A stretch of 64,000 nucleotides of DNA from positions 1 through 64,000 of the forward strand of contig JALMLS010000466.1 in NCBI GenBank assembly GCA_038496445.1, written 5' to 3'. Made by a program: the position numbers and the translations under genes. This document shows, in pieces, positions 1 through 14,453 of this stretch (positions are counted from its first letter, which is position 1; the number at the start of each line of letters is the position of its first letter). The notes under the pieces were generated by a model. That model did no database searches, had not been told where the DNA came from, and saw only the letters and a program-made list of their open reading frames with translations. This stretch comes from Trichosphaerium sp. ATCC 40318 (Eukaryota; Protista; Tubulinea).

Positions 1-3000
1 CCAAAAAAGTTCATGAACCGGTTTTTTTACCCTTTTGACCTGCGATTTGAATGTACATTGAATGAACTGTTCTGCATTATCCATGAGCTCATTACGTAGG
101 TTATCTGCCATGTCAAGATTGAGTATAAACCAGAAAGACTTGCTGAGACGCTGTTCATGGATATGTTGAAAGAAATGTTGAATAGCTTGTTTTGGATAAG
201 TATTCAGAAACTTTGCAAGAGGTTTTCGGTATGGACTGCTAATATTACGACAATTGATTTGCTCAAGTTGTGATGTGATCGTAATTAAAGGTTCCAAGAA
301 CTTTGAAGCTGCAGGAGGCAGCAAGTGAAAAGTTTCGATAATAGCAGCCGGAATATCAATAATTTCATCCGTCTCCTAAAAACGCAACTAAGTCAAAAAA
401 AAAAAAAAAGGATCACGTGATAAATTGTTTTCCCTTCTAAACACGTACAGTAACACGAATTGAAGACATCATATTCGGTGCTGTACGAACTTGAGGATCC
501 ATCCATTTCTTGAGATGATCCAAGAACTTATCACCAAGCATAACATTGAAGCATTTCGTCAACAACTCCAAGAGTCTGCATAACCCTTGCAAGAGCGGAA
601 CAGTCAACTTGTTAGGCTCAGCGAGCTTGTATAGTATTGGTCGTAAGCTCTTTTGTAACAAATCCTTAGGCAGTTGATTTTGGTGTATAACTTGATCCAA
701 TCCATTCTTTGCAACCATAACAATTTGTGAAGGTTGCAAAGTCAACGCTTTGAAGAAAATGCCAATAATACGGTGACGCAAGTTTCCAGGCTTTTTACCG
801 TTTTCAGGTGAGCTTTGGGCAGGTGGAGGGTTCTCTGTAATGTGTTTAAACTCTTCTGTAGCCATAGCTGCAGCTAAAAGCTTTACAGCAGCACAATGAA
901 GGCTAACAGACTGCGCAGAACCTTCAAATAAAACCATAAGCACTAAAACAACAGAAGTATAGTATACGTACCCTCAGCAATACCAAGCGTAGCTTCTACT
1001 AACTCTAGCAGTTTTGGGGTGAATGATAGGATTGGTGGCCTGAGCCCAAGACAAAATGTGACTGCGTCAAGATGTCCGGTTTGAACTTCAGGTTTGAGGT
1101 ATTGTAAAGGTTGTGAAAGGATTGATTGCATAAGAGACTCCTTGTACGGCTCGATAAGCTCTGGTATTTCCATCTTTGTCATATCTGCAAGGCTCTCAAG
1201 AGACTTGGTACAAGTACTTCTGACAACTTCACGTGGTGTTGATAAGTGCTGTGTTAAAATTTCAACAACAGCTCCGAGATTACGTTTGTTCTCAGCTTCT
1301 GTGCCGTCAGTTGTGGCATGACCTCCGTTGCAAATCTTAAGAATCTCAGCCAAGGTCTCTTGGGCCTCTTCTATTGTCGTTACAGACAATGAAGGAGATA
1401 AATCCTTTAATACATAAAGCAATGCTTTAACAGAAGCCAATTGATTACGCCTTAAAAAGAAAAGGTTAATCAAACTTACATAGGAAACAAACAATAACCA
1501 TACCTGACCCAAGCTGGACTCAGTGACTTGGATAGGTGCTTAATACCTAAGACACCACCAGCTTTAGAGTACCACTCACATTTATAGCAGCAGTAATTAC
1601 AACGTTCTCTTATCTTTTCGAAGACCTGATTTTAAACAAAAAGTTAATTACATGTAATACTAGTAGTGGTGTCTTTCAATCATTGTCGTACACTAAGTTC
1701 TGAAGCCTTGTCTCCTGGATTAAACTTTTTACTAACATCAAGAAGAATATCTATCGCTTTGACAGCAGCAGGAGCATGTTTACGGTTCTCTGATGTAATA
1801 ACATCAAGAAGAGCGCCGACAAATCCATCAGGATCAAGTTCTGTTAACTCACTCACTTCTGGTCTCTTATTGGCAGCAAACAGCAAAGCAAAGTGCCTGC
1901 ACACGCTCTCATAGAATTGAACATTATCGCATTGCTACAAAAACAAATTAATATGGCATACAAGCTAGTCAAACTGTACCTTCAAGTCATCGTATGTTGA
2001 AGCTGTCATGATACTGTTAAGAATGAGCTTCAGTGTCCAAGTTTCAGCTACGAATTTATGCTTTGTCTTGATACGCTTAGTACCCATTCGCGATTCATCT
2101 TCGAGAGTCACTTTCTTTGGATACAATAGCGGTTCTGTTGATGGTTCTTAAAAGAAGTATTAATACCAACCATGAAAAGAAACAAGGGTACCATTGATAA
2201 CAAATCCATCAGGTGGAGTAGCATTAATAAGACCGCATAAACAAGATTTTAGGAACAAATAAGACAACCGACGCCGATTTGAATTGGAAGGTGCAATGAA
2301 TAGGATTTTTCTTGCTTCATGTACTGCTTGAGCAAGTGGAAGAACCAAACTGTGATCAGGCTCAAGGCTGAGTGTTATACTGTACCCAGATTCTATATTA
2401 CGGGTTGCCTTCTAAACGAAAAAGTAAGATTAAAAGTAATACTGGAGTAAAAAAGAGACGTACCAATTTTGGTGGCTTTGCAAAGAAATTACGGTTCCTT
2501 CCAGCCATTTTTCCCATTATACGTAGTACTTGAGGAGCATATGGATATGGTGGAGGCTTGAGATGTAGCCAAAGAGCCTTCATGAGTCTCGGTTTGTAAG
2601 GTAGTAATATTGGTTCCAAATAATCAGCAGATAGCCTATCTATACATAATTCTAGCAATCTCAAGCCTTGAAGAACAACATCTGTTATAGACTCAATAGC
2701 AAGCACCAACGGCTTCATAAGGTGGTGAAGACAGTGCAATAGAGAGCTAAGGCGAGGAGGCACCTATATGACATGGTGTTAGCACTCAGAAAACCGAGAT
2801 CAAAGAGCTAGGTACATCACGAACGGTAAGACTCAATTCTATAAACAAGTCCCGAAGCTCATGAGGATGTGAGCTTGAATGAAGTCTGTTGAACTGTTTC
2901 AATAGCTCTATTGTTTGTCAGAAATCTAAGCATTCTAATAGGTAAGAGCGTACCGCTCAATAATGGCAGGAATTCACGAGAAAACATATCGAATTTCCCG

Positions 3001-6000
3001 CCACCAATACTTCGGAATAAATACCTCAAAAGCATAAAGTAATTCGTCGAGTCTTTAACCTCAGAAGCAAGCTTCATAGCTTGTCTTACAACCAGGCCAA
3101 GATGAGGTTGTAATACAGGCTCGTTATCCGAAAAATATGTAACAGAGTTAAACACAGCCTTAAACAGCCTTAACATTACAGTCGCTCTTCCCTTTTGTGG
3201 TGAAGATAATTGTCTTAAAAAAACACGTTAGTTTTAAGTAAGTAAACATAAGCTAGCTTGTCCTTTGGTTACGTACTTCATGCGAGATACCAAGAAACGT
3301 AAGATACACTCGGCGAAGTGTTTAGATACAGGTGGGTTGAGTAAAAAATGCTCAACGAGGGTTAGAACTTGATGGTTTCCAAGACTTGACTTGAAAATAA
3401 ACGGCATCTCAAGCTCCAGAACATCACGGAATACTTGAGGATCAAGCATAGTAAAAACAGCAGCAAAGTATTCCATTATCTTTGTAGACATCTCAGCATT
3501 CTGTAATTATTAGCGGTGGGTTGTGTTAAGAAAGAGGGAGTAAAAGATTTTCACAACTGCTTGTCAAAAAAAAAATACAAAAAAAATAGAAGCAACAAAT
3601 TGTGATATTGGGATGCTAACTACTAACCTCTTGTACCTCTTGCTCCTCCTTCTTAGTTCCCTCAGAGAGGCATACGTTATAAATTTTGAAGCAATGTAGA
3701 CCGTTTCTTAGAAGTCTCGTAAAGAGGAGACTCTCTTCAACAGTAAGTCTCTTAGAGGATTGACCGTTCTAAAGTAAAAGCATTAATGACTAGTCTAGAT
3801 TCAATAATGTTTTAAAAACATACTTGTGCTTGATATGCAGTAGAGCTAATACCCCAAACAATATTTTTAAGTCCAAGGACCAAAGTCTTTAGCAGCAATC
3901 TGCAATCTATGAAAAAAGTTATTTTCAGAAAAAAATCGAACAAAATGTAATGTTTTGTATCTAATCAAGCTTACCTTTAATCTTTGCCATTGTGCGATTT
4001 GCACGAAGGGAATTTGCTACAGCTGGTTCCACAATGCTTCCTCGAGCGACTACGTCTGTTAATAACTGCCAAATTGGTTTTGAATAAAAGAAAGAAGGCT
4101 TTAAAAAAAAAAAGAAACTCTCTTGCCTTTTATCTTTAATAACTCAGGTATCTGACGCTTTAAGCTACTGAACTTATTTACAAACGCATTTAGGATACAA
4201 ACAAGCAATGTACGACCTATTATCAATTAAATAAAAACCCTAAAGAACAATCATTTTTTTGCGTACCATTATTCTCTGCGTTATTGTTCCTAGCAATACA
4301 TTCCACAAGGTTCAATAATAGCTTTGCGGACATTGTCTGTATAGCGAATGGCAAGGAAGAATCATGAATATTGCGTGAATACAAATGAACAACTTTTGTA
4401 AGCTGTGGCAGCTTAAGTTCAGCGCGAACATGATGGACCTTAAAAAAAAAGTTAAAAAAAACCTATTTCTTCTGTATGACGTACCAAGTCCGCGAGTGTA
4501 CTATAAGCCAAAGGTCTAAGTGTTTCGTAACATGTCCTCCCTTTGCCTAGCCATTTAAGAAAAAAACCAGATGACAAGTTGTTTCTTTTGGAAGAAAATT
4601 AAAAAAACATACCTAAAAGCATTTCCTCTTTTAGGAGGGTATCAATGTGTTTTACAAACCCTTTACGAAAATCTGTAGCTAGAACATGACGTGTAGCAAC
4701 TAGTAACTCCTTACGAATCGACGCAGATTCTGAAGGGCAGTTACGAAGAAGCTGTATGACGCATTTTGGAATCTCTGAGATATATGGTCTGAGTTGATCA
4801 ACAAAGCCGCGTAACATGTATGCGAGGAATGATAGTGTCTAATAGTGTAATGTGGTAAGAACACGTAATGATCATTGTTATAAAAAGAGAGGTATATTTG
4901 GGTTACCTTGACTTGAGCACCAATAAACCCAATGTATTGTTGTCTGTATTTTGGTGTCTTAGCTGGTTCACCAGCTTGTAGATCAAGAGTCTTTACAATG
5001 AGAGGCATAAATTCTCTCACAGTACTCTGAAGATGTCGAGGGTATAACTGGAAAAGAAGTACGACGATAAAAGGGCATTCTGTCAATACCTGATGCAAAA
5101 ACGTGAGTAACTAAAAAAAAAAAACTTTTTGTCCCTTCCATACCTTAAAACTATTGAGAGAAGAAATTAGCGTGTTTCCCTTTGGTGGTTGTAATAAACC
5201 AGGATTTAAATTATCTAAAAGAAGAATGTAATCAGTTTACAGTCACAAAAAAGAATAGGTTTAAACTAAACGTACCGGCTTGTTGAATTGTAAATTTTTG
5301 TTTACCTAAAGGGTAAATGTCAAAAAACGGAAAAAACAAAAACAAAAAAAAAAAAAAACGAGGCGCCGACACCTTTCAAAAAAAAAGGAACTAAGAGCTT
5401 TTCATAGCCAGTGAAAGATTTAAAATATACGGGTGCGTATAAAGTACGTAAAAAAGGAATTACAACCATTGAGTTAGATTGATTTTAAACCGCTTGTTCG
5501 AAAAATCAAAACACGTGTATAAAGCGTCGTACCACCTGTCCTGCCTTCAGAAAAAGTAATATGGACTGTTGTGGTAAGCTCCTTGTAAATACGTTGAACA
5601 AAAGTCAAAAAATTTTGAGCTTCTGTTTCAAGCTCTGGTCTGTATGCTTTGTGCAGGTCAATGATAATACGTAAGCAAATAGCGGCGTTATCTTCGTTTT
5701 CGTGGGATAATAACTTGGTGGTGAATTGTAAGAACCGTTTGCACATTGGTTTCAAGCATTCGTCTGTTTTCAACCTTTTTGTGATGTGAGAACGCGTGGT
5801 GAAGCACTTTTGAGGGTTTTTGTTGATGTGTTTAACTAATTAATAATTTTTCGCTGTAAATAGCGTTTTAGAGCTCAGTACCTATTAAGTATCTCTAATA
5901 TGGTATTTCGAAGCTTTTGCTCGTGATTGTCGGTGAGTTGAGGTTTTCCAATGGCAAGCTCTTCCATTAGAAGGGGAAATATCTCCTTTAGAAAGCCTTT

Positions 6001-6254
6001 GTAATTTTGGGCTTGTAACGCTCCAATATTTTCTCTAATCTCGGTTGCACAGGCAACTCTGTACGCAAACGTCGAGTCTACGCACCACATTAAATTAAGC
6101 AATTTGAAAAATACAAACCAGTGCCCCGCGCTTTCTTCCAGCTTGCGCTGTACCCCTTTAACGCCTCATCATTGTTTATAATCGGTGTAAGCCGTGGGAA
6201 GTTAACAGGCGGCTGTTGAGACGGCCCTGAAGGCGAATCCACCTTAGGGTGCAT
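1..6254 (-). CDS. TRRAP: TRRAP/Tra1 PIKK-family scaffold, N-terminal HEAT region; about 20 introns; runs off the left edge
   Basis: Manual splicing gives a continuous frame from ATG 6254 (MHPKVDSP...). It includes the Tra1 hallmarks ENEDNAAICLRIIIDLHK, SFKVLTECPFIVVLLFQLY, RKELLVATRHVLATDFRKGF, ETLRPLAYSTLADLVHHVR and LFRSIGGGKFD. Confidence 0.95.
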
Positions 6255-6449
6255 TTATGTCTCTTGTGGTATAAGTTGCTTGACGCGCAAGCGTGTACCA
6301 ACCTTCTATGTACTGTTGAGCAATGAATAATCAAAGTCGCGAAGATTCCGTGACTTAAGAATTTTGCTCTACTTTTCTGTAAGTCTGCACCTTGGTTTTT
6401 CGCCACTTTCAGTTATCTTCGTTAGGATACACATAACAGTCTCGAGCTA
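6255..6449. promoter_or_regulatory. Compact bidirectional promoter shared by TRRAP and PET117
   Basis: The two start codons diverge with only 195 bp between them. Confidence 0.55.
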
Positions 6450-6737
6450 ATGTCATTACCCGCAAAGGTGTTTTTGGCATTGGCAACTGTAACAACAGTG
6501 ACAGTTGTTACGTACATACATTTGGATCATAATAAACAAAAACGGGTGCGCGTGTGATTATAGACGCCAACTGGAATAACTGTAGGCTAGGAAATGAAGC
6601 TCGGTATACGAAGAGACTTTGAGCGCAGAGCAAAGCGCGAAATGGACAATCCGTGCGTAGAGTAGCTACAAACTAGCAGTTTAGCACTAAATGAATTCGA
6701 CAGACCTCCAAAAAACGTATTACCGGACGCACAATAG
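6450..6737 (+). CDS. PET117: Cytochrome c oxidase assembly factor PET117 (3 exons, missed by the ORF track)
   Basis: Spliced product is MSLPAKVFLALATVTTVTVVTYIHLDHNKQKR-EMKLGIRRDFERRAKREMDNPPPKNVLPDAQ*. It fits the PET117 pattern of an N-terminal TM, then 'H..Q...R..M..G..RD.ER'. Two GT-AG introns. Confidence 0.8.
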
Positions 6738-7277
6738 CCATTCGTAGAGTTGAGGGTATATCTGAACTCATTCAGTCACGCTACATTTTACATTTATCAA
6801 ATCGAATCGAAAGTAAGTACAAATACACGACTTGGCCGCGAATTGCCTCAGAACCAGTTGCTATCCACCACTGCTGTACAATAAAACAAAATTAAAAGTT
6901 ACAATTTTGGCATCCGTGGCAAGCTGGAAGGCAAACGTGAAGTGATATTACTACTTTATGTATATGTCAGGTATAACTGTTTTGTGTGGTTTGAAATGAT
7001 TAGCACTTGAATACCAAACGTATGTAATATTAGGCTTTTCCAATAAAAACACTCGGAAATGCGTTACTACGCGTGACCAGAAGTGTTAGGGTGTTTTCCC
7101 ACTTTTTTTTAACAACCATGGAATTTCACAAAAGTGAATTCTCAAAATTTCGAAAAAAAACCTTACTTTGACCACATCTAAAAGCGAACTAATCGATCGC
7201 TACCCACTTTATGTACACACTATTTTTTTCACACATTATCCAAATACTAATAATTTCTGTTTTTCATTCATTATAAC

Positions 7278-8519
7278 TCATTGCTGTAGCTGCATAACAC
7301 CCTAAACATTCATAAACAAAAAAAATTTTCAAAAACATTTTATGCAAAACCTGATAATCAAGCCATATATTAGTCATCGCTTCTTCTTTATAAGTCATTG
7401 GATTATGTCGTGAATTATATAAACGGAAGTAAACCATATAACGGACATCAGGTGAAGTATTAGGAACAGAAATACGAGCCAACTGATAATGACACTAGTG
7501 GATAGTTCATTAACAACCCGACCAAGAAAAAAAAAAGAAAAAAAACTTACCAAAAGAATGTCACCAGCCTTCGCCAATATATGTTTTGGTTCGACGTCAA
7601 GTGTTGGTTTCTTTATACCGCTCTTTAATGTATTTGTAGGGCCTCCATTCTCATTGAAAAATCTCTGTAATTGCACATGTGTACCAGGAAACACTGCCAT
7701 GTTCCCAGAAAAATCACGTGGTAAATCTGTTAAGAAAACAGCACAAAACAAAGTGTAATTGTTAAACTACCGATAAGATTTAGCATACAAAAAACAATTC
7801 AATGTAGTGGCTCTAAACTTACTGTGTTTGGTGGTATTTTATTGTGAGGAGAAGACATTCCGTCCAGAATCCATCCGTTTGACCATTCAGGTTTAGGAAA
7901 CAAACCGTCCTAGTTTCATATTTATTAAAAATAATCCACAATTGCTCAAGCTTTAGACGCACTCCAGAAAAAACTATTTGATTACGAAATTGTGCAGGCG
8001 TGAAACATCCTTGACCAGGAAAGTTTAAACGTATATCTCCACCGCTACAAAAAAAATGAATTAAGTTAAAGGGAAAACAAGAACATTGTAGTTGATCAAC
8101 TGAAAGCAAAAAATATAATACAAAGCTTCACGTACCCTGGTGCATGTATATCACCTACTAAAGATCTTATAAGAGGAAGCGCACTCGAACGTAAAATAAG
8201 ATCACTAATAGCATCACATGAATATATAGGAGGTGGGAACTTCAATCCTGTCTTATCAAATTTACTATGTCCAGAACCAATGATCATATTTATACAACGA
8301 CGTGCATTATCAATAAGATCTTTTTGTACAGCAGAATTTATAACAACATAACCTAGGCTCACAGTTAACAAACAAAATTATATCGAACAAAGGGACCACC
8401 GAAGGAGTCATCAGTAAACAAACTAAAAGGTACATACCATTTGACACAAAGTGGTTTTTCTGCTCAGTGCTGAGTTGCGCTTGTATTGCAGGGGATTGCT
8501 CTTTGTGCTTAATACTCAT
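7278..8519 (-). CDS. Phytanoyl-CoA dioxygenase (PhyH)-family protein, predicted catalytically inactive
   Basis: Spliced motifs LSTEQKNHFVSNGYVVI, GWILDG, FCAVFLTD..SGNMAVFPGTH and AKAGDILLCHYQLARISVPNTSPDVRYMVYFRL. About 6 introns. Confidence 0.8.
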
Positions 8520-8581
8520 CTCGAGGCTAAGTATGCGTTAAGATGAAATGCTTTTAAAAAAAGGAGTAGAATGAAACAAGT

Positions 8582-10316
8582 TCATAAATCATACTTTGCT
8601 TTTATAACCTCTGTGAGGTTAGGTTCAACTTTCTTTGTTGTATTTCCTTTATATTGTGGTGGTCTTTTTGGAGGCATTCTATTTACTAGGTACATCGCAT
8701 TAGCGAGCCAAACAACACATAAAAGAGGAGGTATCAAAACTTACCACTTTGTTGGGGTTGCTTTGGTGACGCGTGTACAGGTTCGCTCCTGTCTCCTGCT
8801 ATCGTTAAGTACTCTTACATCAACACTTGAGATTGTAAAAAGACAAAAAATTATATTACCTGTAAACTGCTGAGGATGCTTTACAAGAGATTCAGGAGCT
8901 CTTGTTAAAGGATTTTGACTTGGAAATAAGCCAGATGGCGCTGAAGGCCCTTCATGCATAGGTACCAGGTTCGCCCATGCACCTTTACCTCTCCTGTTAC
9001 CTCTCCCTTTACCATTCCATCTTCCTTTGCCATTTCTGTTTCCTTGACGTTTACCTCTCCATTGTGCAAATCTCTGTAACTGCGAACCCCAGCCTCCTAA
9101 CAACAGCTTTGGTAAGAAAAAACCTGGTATAAAACACTCACCTTGGTTAGCGTTGTTCATTTTTCTACCTGCTTTAGGCGGTTGTGAATGGTGTGAGTGT
9201 GAACGGTGCCTTTGATGGTCACCCATTTGGTTGTTTATATTACCATTACCATTCTGTTGATGCGTTGCATACCCATTTCCGTAAGCTTTGGGTGCGTTGT
9301 ATTCAGGTCGTTGTGAATTCATATGAGAATGGTATGATTGTCGTGAGGCTTCCTCTTGATAGCTTGGAGGTTCAGGAGCGCTGTATGATAATGGATTACG
9401 TTGTAACCGTGCGTTTGGATCATATTGTGGTGCTCGGTGATAGGTTGGTGCTGATGTATTATGTTGTAGGGGGTATGATACATTACGTTGTAACTTGGGT
9501 GGTTGAGTCTACAATCGCGTGTTGGTTTTACTATAAACTCAAGGGATATTGAAATAAATGCTTGGTGACGTACATATACAGGAGACTCGTATTGTGGTGG
9601 TGGAGGAGCACGCCGATGTGGTACATACTAACACAAAAAAAATTAAACTAAGAATCTTAGAGCTAACTGAAAAATGTGCAAAGGTGTTTATTACATGGAC
9701 TGCAAACTTCAAAATAAAATACGTACAGTTTTTGGAGGTTGCTGGTGTTGCTGTTCTGCACGAAGAGGATACGAGTTCTGTTTATGTAGTTGTGTATCTT
9801 TGGAATAAAGGTTTAGAAAAAATTTGTTTGAACACCACGTGATAGTAAAATAAAATGGTTTTGACATTAGTCTAATGCGTACAAGAAGGGTATGATTGTG
9901 TTGGAGGATATGTTGTGTTTGAACTATTCTCTGGTCTTGTTGGTGGTTGAGCTTCTTGTTGTGCTGTAGGTGCATTTGATGGGTTTTGTGGTCTAGGTGG
10001 TTGAACGTTTGGGTCTTCAACTGGTGTTGAATGTTTTGGAGATGTTGGTGGGTTGTCAGATACTTTTAAACGCTCCTACAGAGCGTTACTGGCGAAAATA
10101 CCGTTAATTGGTTACCATTTGCTTAATAGGTGGATCATTTTGCTTGGTGGCCTCTGTATTAACGCCACAGGCTGACATTAAAAGTGTTATTGTTTTTGTA
10201 AGGTCTCCAGCTGTTTGTGCCCACGACGCAACGATTAACTCCTTATCGAGCTGTGGGAACATCATAGACAGCTGAGAAACGAATGGTGGTGATGCTTCTG
10301 GTGTAGTTGAAGCCAT
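8582..10316 (-). CDS. CUE-domain (ubiquitin-binding) protein with a Q/N/P/G-rich low-complexity body
   Basis: N-terminal QLSMMFPQLDKELIVASWAQTAGDLTKTITLLM matches the CUE consensus (MFP...LL). Downstream exons are low-complexity with RG-rich segments. Confidence 0.7.
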
Positions 10317-10759
10317 AGGTACAATCTTGCGTATGCAATTGGTTAGTTCCTTCTATGTGCGTATATACAATTTTCTACGCGTTGTTGCGTATATTATTCT
10401 TTTAACCTTGAATTGCAGTAAGCCGTGAAAAAATAGGAACAATTTCAACACTCCACCAGATTAATCGCACGAGCACGCTACAGAAACAATATGGGTTGCA
10501 GGAACTCATGACGCTACCGGCACTAATGGGCAGACATTTACCCGTTAATTGTTTATTACCCAAGTGTCACAATATGTAGAGGTGATTGCAGTGCGCCATA
10601 ACCACATTGTGACACACTGTGACATTAAAACACTCTAAGCGAAAAATGCCTAATCCGCTGCAATTGTTGACTTTGTAGACAATAGTTTTTTAAGCGTGTA
10701 ACACGGTTGTTCTTGTTACTGCCGTTACCCCTACCACGTCATCGCCTTAAACGCATGAA

Positions 10760-12148
10760 ATGGCCATAAGCACAAGTAATGAACCATTTCCGTCTATAAC
10801 CTACCAAACCCTTATATATATAACCCTAGAAGGCGCTAAGCGGCAATTACAAAGAAATGAAGGTTTACATCACGTCGAACAATTAGAAACAGCTTTTGAC
10901 TACCTTCCAGTTGAACTAATAGTAGAGGTACCTCCAACGCACCATATTACGAATTATGTAGTTATTTACCATCCAGATAATCTCTTGGCTACCAATCGCT
11001 TCTATTCTCAGTTTTCGATCAACAGCACAACACATTGCAAAGCTTGTAGACTTTCACGTGCCAACAGTAAAGGTGCAATCATGTCAAAATCATCTTTTTG
11101 ACAATGTTCCAAAAGGAAGGAAGAAAGACGTTCCAGGCCAAAGAGAATGGACCAAAATATAAGCCAATTGAAGAAACAGAGTTTTCTACAGTCACTTCTA
11201 TTGCACTAACACCCAAAGGACACGTACGTGGGCCACCTACAGTAGCATTGATCTTGTCTTTTTTTTACAATTTTGTTGATATCATAAAATATTAGGTTGC
11301 GTTCGTTGAGTATGGAGAGTCGTTGATTCATATCTTAAACCTTAAAACAGGAAAACTGTACAGGCGAAAGATTATAGAGCTTTTTCGTAGGCCGTATGGG
11401 ATACTTGCAATGGATAATGGAGACTTGATTGTGTCCGATAGTAGCACTCACACAGTGTCACGTGTTGAGATGTCAGGCGGTAAAAGACGAAAGCATACAG
11501 TCATCGCTGGGCAACATATGAACACTGGTTTTGTTAATGGAGATAAAGGTAAACTCAATGTACCCAGGGGACTATGTATGGATTCAAACGGGCGAATACT
11601 TGTTTGTGATACTTCAAATCGAGCTATACGACAGATTAAAGAAGATGGTTCATTTAGTACACTTTGTGGCTCTCCAACTAGTTCAGGAATAGCTACGGAT
11701 GGCCCTGTTGCAACAGCTTCTTTCTTTAGTCCTAGGAAAGTTGTTGTTGATTCTAAGAGAGATATAATTTATGTCGCTGATGGAACAGTATGTTATTTGT
11801 TTGAACTTTCTCAAAACTTGTATTTTGTGCTAAACCTCTCTTTTCGTTCTAGGCCATTAGGAGGATTTCAAGTGGTTATGTAGATACTATATACAATCAA
11901 GATAATCCTATTCATAGTATGGCTCTTGATAAGAGAGGTGACCTTTACTTTGGGACAAGCCAAGGTCTGAAGAAGATTTATTTAAACACCAATTTTCAGC
12001 ATGTCATCAACTTAAGTATTGTTCCCAAAGTAACTCATATCTCTGCTGCCTTTTGTTACGAAGAAACACTACTGGTGTTCGCCAATATTACTGGATGTAT
12101 GGGATATACTTTGCTATCAATATCTCTTTTGTAGCTTGTAACAAATAG
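10760..12148 (+). CDS. F-box plus NHL-repeat beta-propeller protein (last exon uncertain)
   Basis: Spliced FDYLPVELIVEIISWLPIASILSFRST is an F-box. NHL repeats follow: FRRPYGILAMDNGDLIVSD, LNVPRGLCMDSNGRILVCDTSNRAIR and FFSPRKVVVD. Confidence 0.75.
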
Positions 12149-12415
12149 TTGAAAAAAAATGATGCTTAACACCGCAAGTTGTTTCACTTAGGTGCCAGCA
12201 AGTGGCATTTTTTTCTATGAAATTCAAAATACCAGTCAGGGTTTTTTTTGCAATGTCACGTGACTTGTTTAATTTCTGTTTTTTTTGTATTTTTACCACT
12301 GCTTGCAAACGCGTTTACACTCTTCTTTTCTACAACGTGAATTGAGCTGTGCAACCTCGTTATTCAAATTTTTGTACAAAATAACAATAAGTTAGCAATG
12401 CTTATATGTGTTCAA

Positions 12416-13607
12416 CTAATGCAACACGTTAATTTGAGAAGATCTTGGATTCAGGATTGGCTCATCTAAACGTAAATTTTAGCTCCTCGATTCCTTAGTA
12501 AAAGCGTACACTGAGACCCAGAAGAACCACAACAAATCAGAGCGCCATCCTTTACATTAACCGGAACTTCTTTCCAGAATGACCAGTTAGGTATTATCTC
12601 TGCGCCCTTCTTCTTGCTTAGGATGACAATAAGTATAACAGCCTCTACACATCAGCGTACCGCGTCACGTTTATCACTGCACCAACCCCACAGTAAAGTG
12701 CTGATATGCAAAGAAAGGCAATCAAAAACCCAGTGCCTATACTGATGGCAGGTCCTAAAACCGGTCTGAATATAATGAGATTTCAAGAGGACGTACTGTG
12801 AGATGGACAGGCAGATTTGGTTCTTAGATTAATCGTTATATTACTTGGTATCGTATGTGCCCCACTGTCATCTACTGTGGTATACCCTTACCAAAATAAG
12901 CATAAATTATCAAATCATTTAGGTTCAAACCTGAAGTGCTCTTATCACAAAGCAAATACAATTTCGTCCCTAACCGCGTGTCAAAATATACTTATAAGCA
13001 AAGTGTAAAGATTCCTACTTGATGGTCTGTCATCCTCGTATAAGACCTCAAAATCTTCTGACTCAAGCATACGTATTACCGTACGACTGTGTCTACCCAA
13101 GCATACCTGGTAGGACACTGTGAGCATCAAAAAAAGAAATAAGAAAGTTACTTGATCTGTTTTGTTTCCAAAGTGCTGATATTCACTTCTACAAACAGAT
13201 GCATCGCCTAGTTCGCATCCTAAAAACATAGTAAATTGTACAGTGAACCTACCAAGGAAAAATACCTTCAAAACCGCACGTGAACGAACCATCACCACAA
13301 AAACTGAATTTGTAGAAATACTGAGGCGATTTACTCGAGCCCTTACGGTTTAAGAGCTCACGTTTTTGTAATCGTTTTTTTTAACGTACTGCCACAATCA
13401 TTTCTCCCAAAGATTCCACCTTACCCAAGTCCCACGTGTCGTGTCCTAATTTATATGAGTTGTTTCCAAAATAAACGTGATTGTACCCTTTTTAATTTCG
13501 GATATCTGGTTACACTGATACTCGTGTACATCTAGCGTTGACGAAGCGGTATCACCTCCAGTTAATACGATAGCACAGATATAAAGAAATAAAAGTCGCT
13601 CTAACAT
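12416..13607 (-). CDS. Cation-dependent mannose-6-phosphate receptor / ATG27-like type I membrane protein
   Basis: Signal peptide MLERLLFLYICAIVLTG. MRH-domain motifs WDL, YFYKFSFCG, VCLG, LYLLCD and TKSACP. One TM, then tail GAEIIPNWSFWKEVPVNVKDG and a YEPI sorting motif. One junction near 12644 needs a rare GAG acceptor. Confidence 0.75.
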
Positions 13608-14453
13608 TAGGGTACAGTAGCGAACAGTTTGAAGTGGCAAAAGACAAAGGCTTGGTGCTTGTTTGACTACAAGTAGACTTTTAACCATTTTTGTACGTTT
13701 TGTCAGTGACATTGTCTTACTTGGTATCAGACATAAATTATTAGGAACCACATTCGTTACAAGGTAATTAACACAATTTAAGCTCAAGGCTAACACTCCA
13801 ACCTTCGGTTTCTAGGCAAGACTCGTAAGCCCCTCTTACTGTGTCCGTTGAGAAGGTTCTATTGAAGACAAAGCAGCAAACCTGGTTCCAATCTTCTTCA
13901 TCGACAAATGTGGAACTGAGTCTGTATTCGCTTACACGTGACGCGATTTTGTACAACTTTTGTGGATCTTTCGTAGTCATCCACAAGACGCTATCTTGCC
14001 TCCAAATGTGGCGTGTTTTGCGGCTCTAACCAGAGACTCGGCGTAGATTTTAGTTGAACCCCGCTCACAAAAAACACACCACAGATATTGCTTTGGTGTC
14101 AAAAACTGTGTTTCTGGTAGCATCACCAAGTGTTCAGGCAGTACAGTGGCGACATTGTCGCTAAAATCGATGGATGCAAGCTAGCCGCTGCAACTTTGAC
14201 ATCCTAAGTCATTAAAACCGAAACAGCTATCAAAAATTCAGTTGTAAAAACTATTTCTGCTGCGACACTTTGTAACTACAAACACCAGTTGATGTTTCTA
14301 ATAAACTCCCCTTTCCTTTACACAAGCTTTGTTACCATTAAGTTCACTCGTGATCAAAAACCGTGAAGTCAACGTTTGGTGTAATTCAAAAATTCAAATA
14401 TGTATCCCGCCAAACTTGTACGCATGGCAGTGGAACTGTGAGAAGTTATTAAC

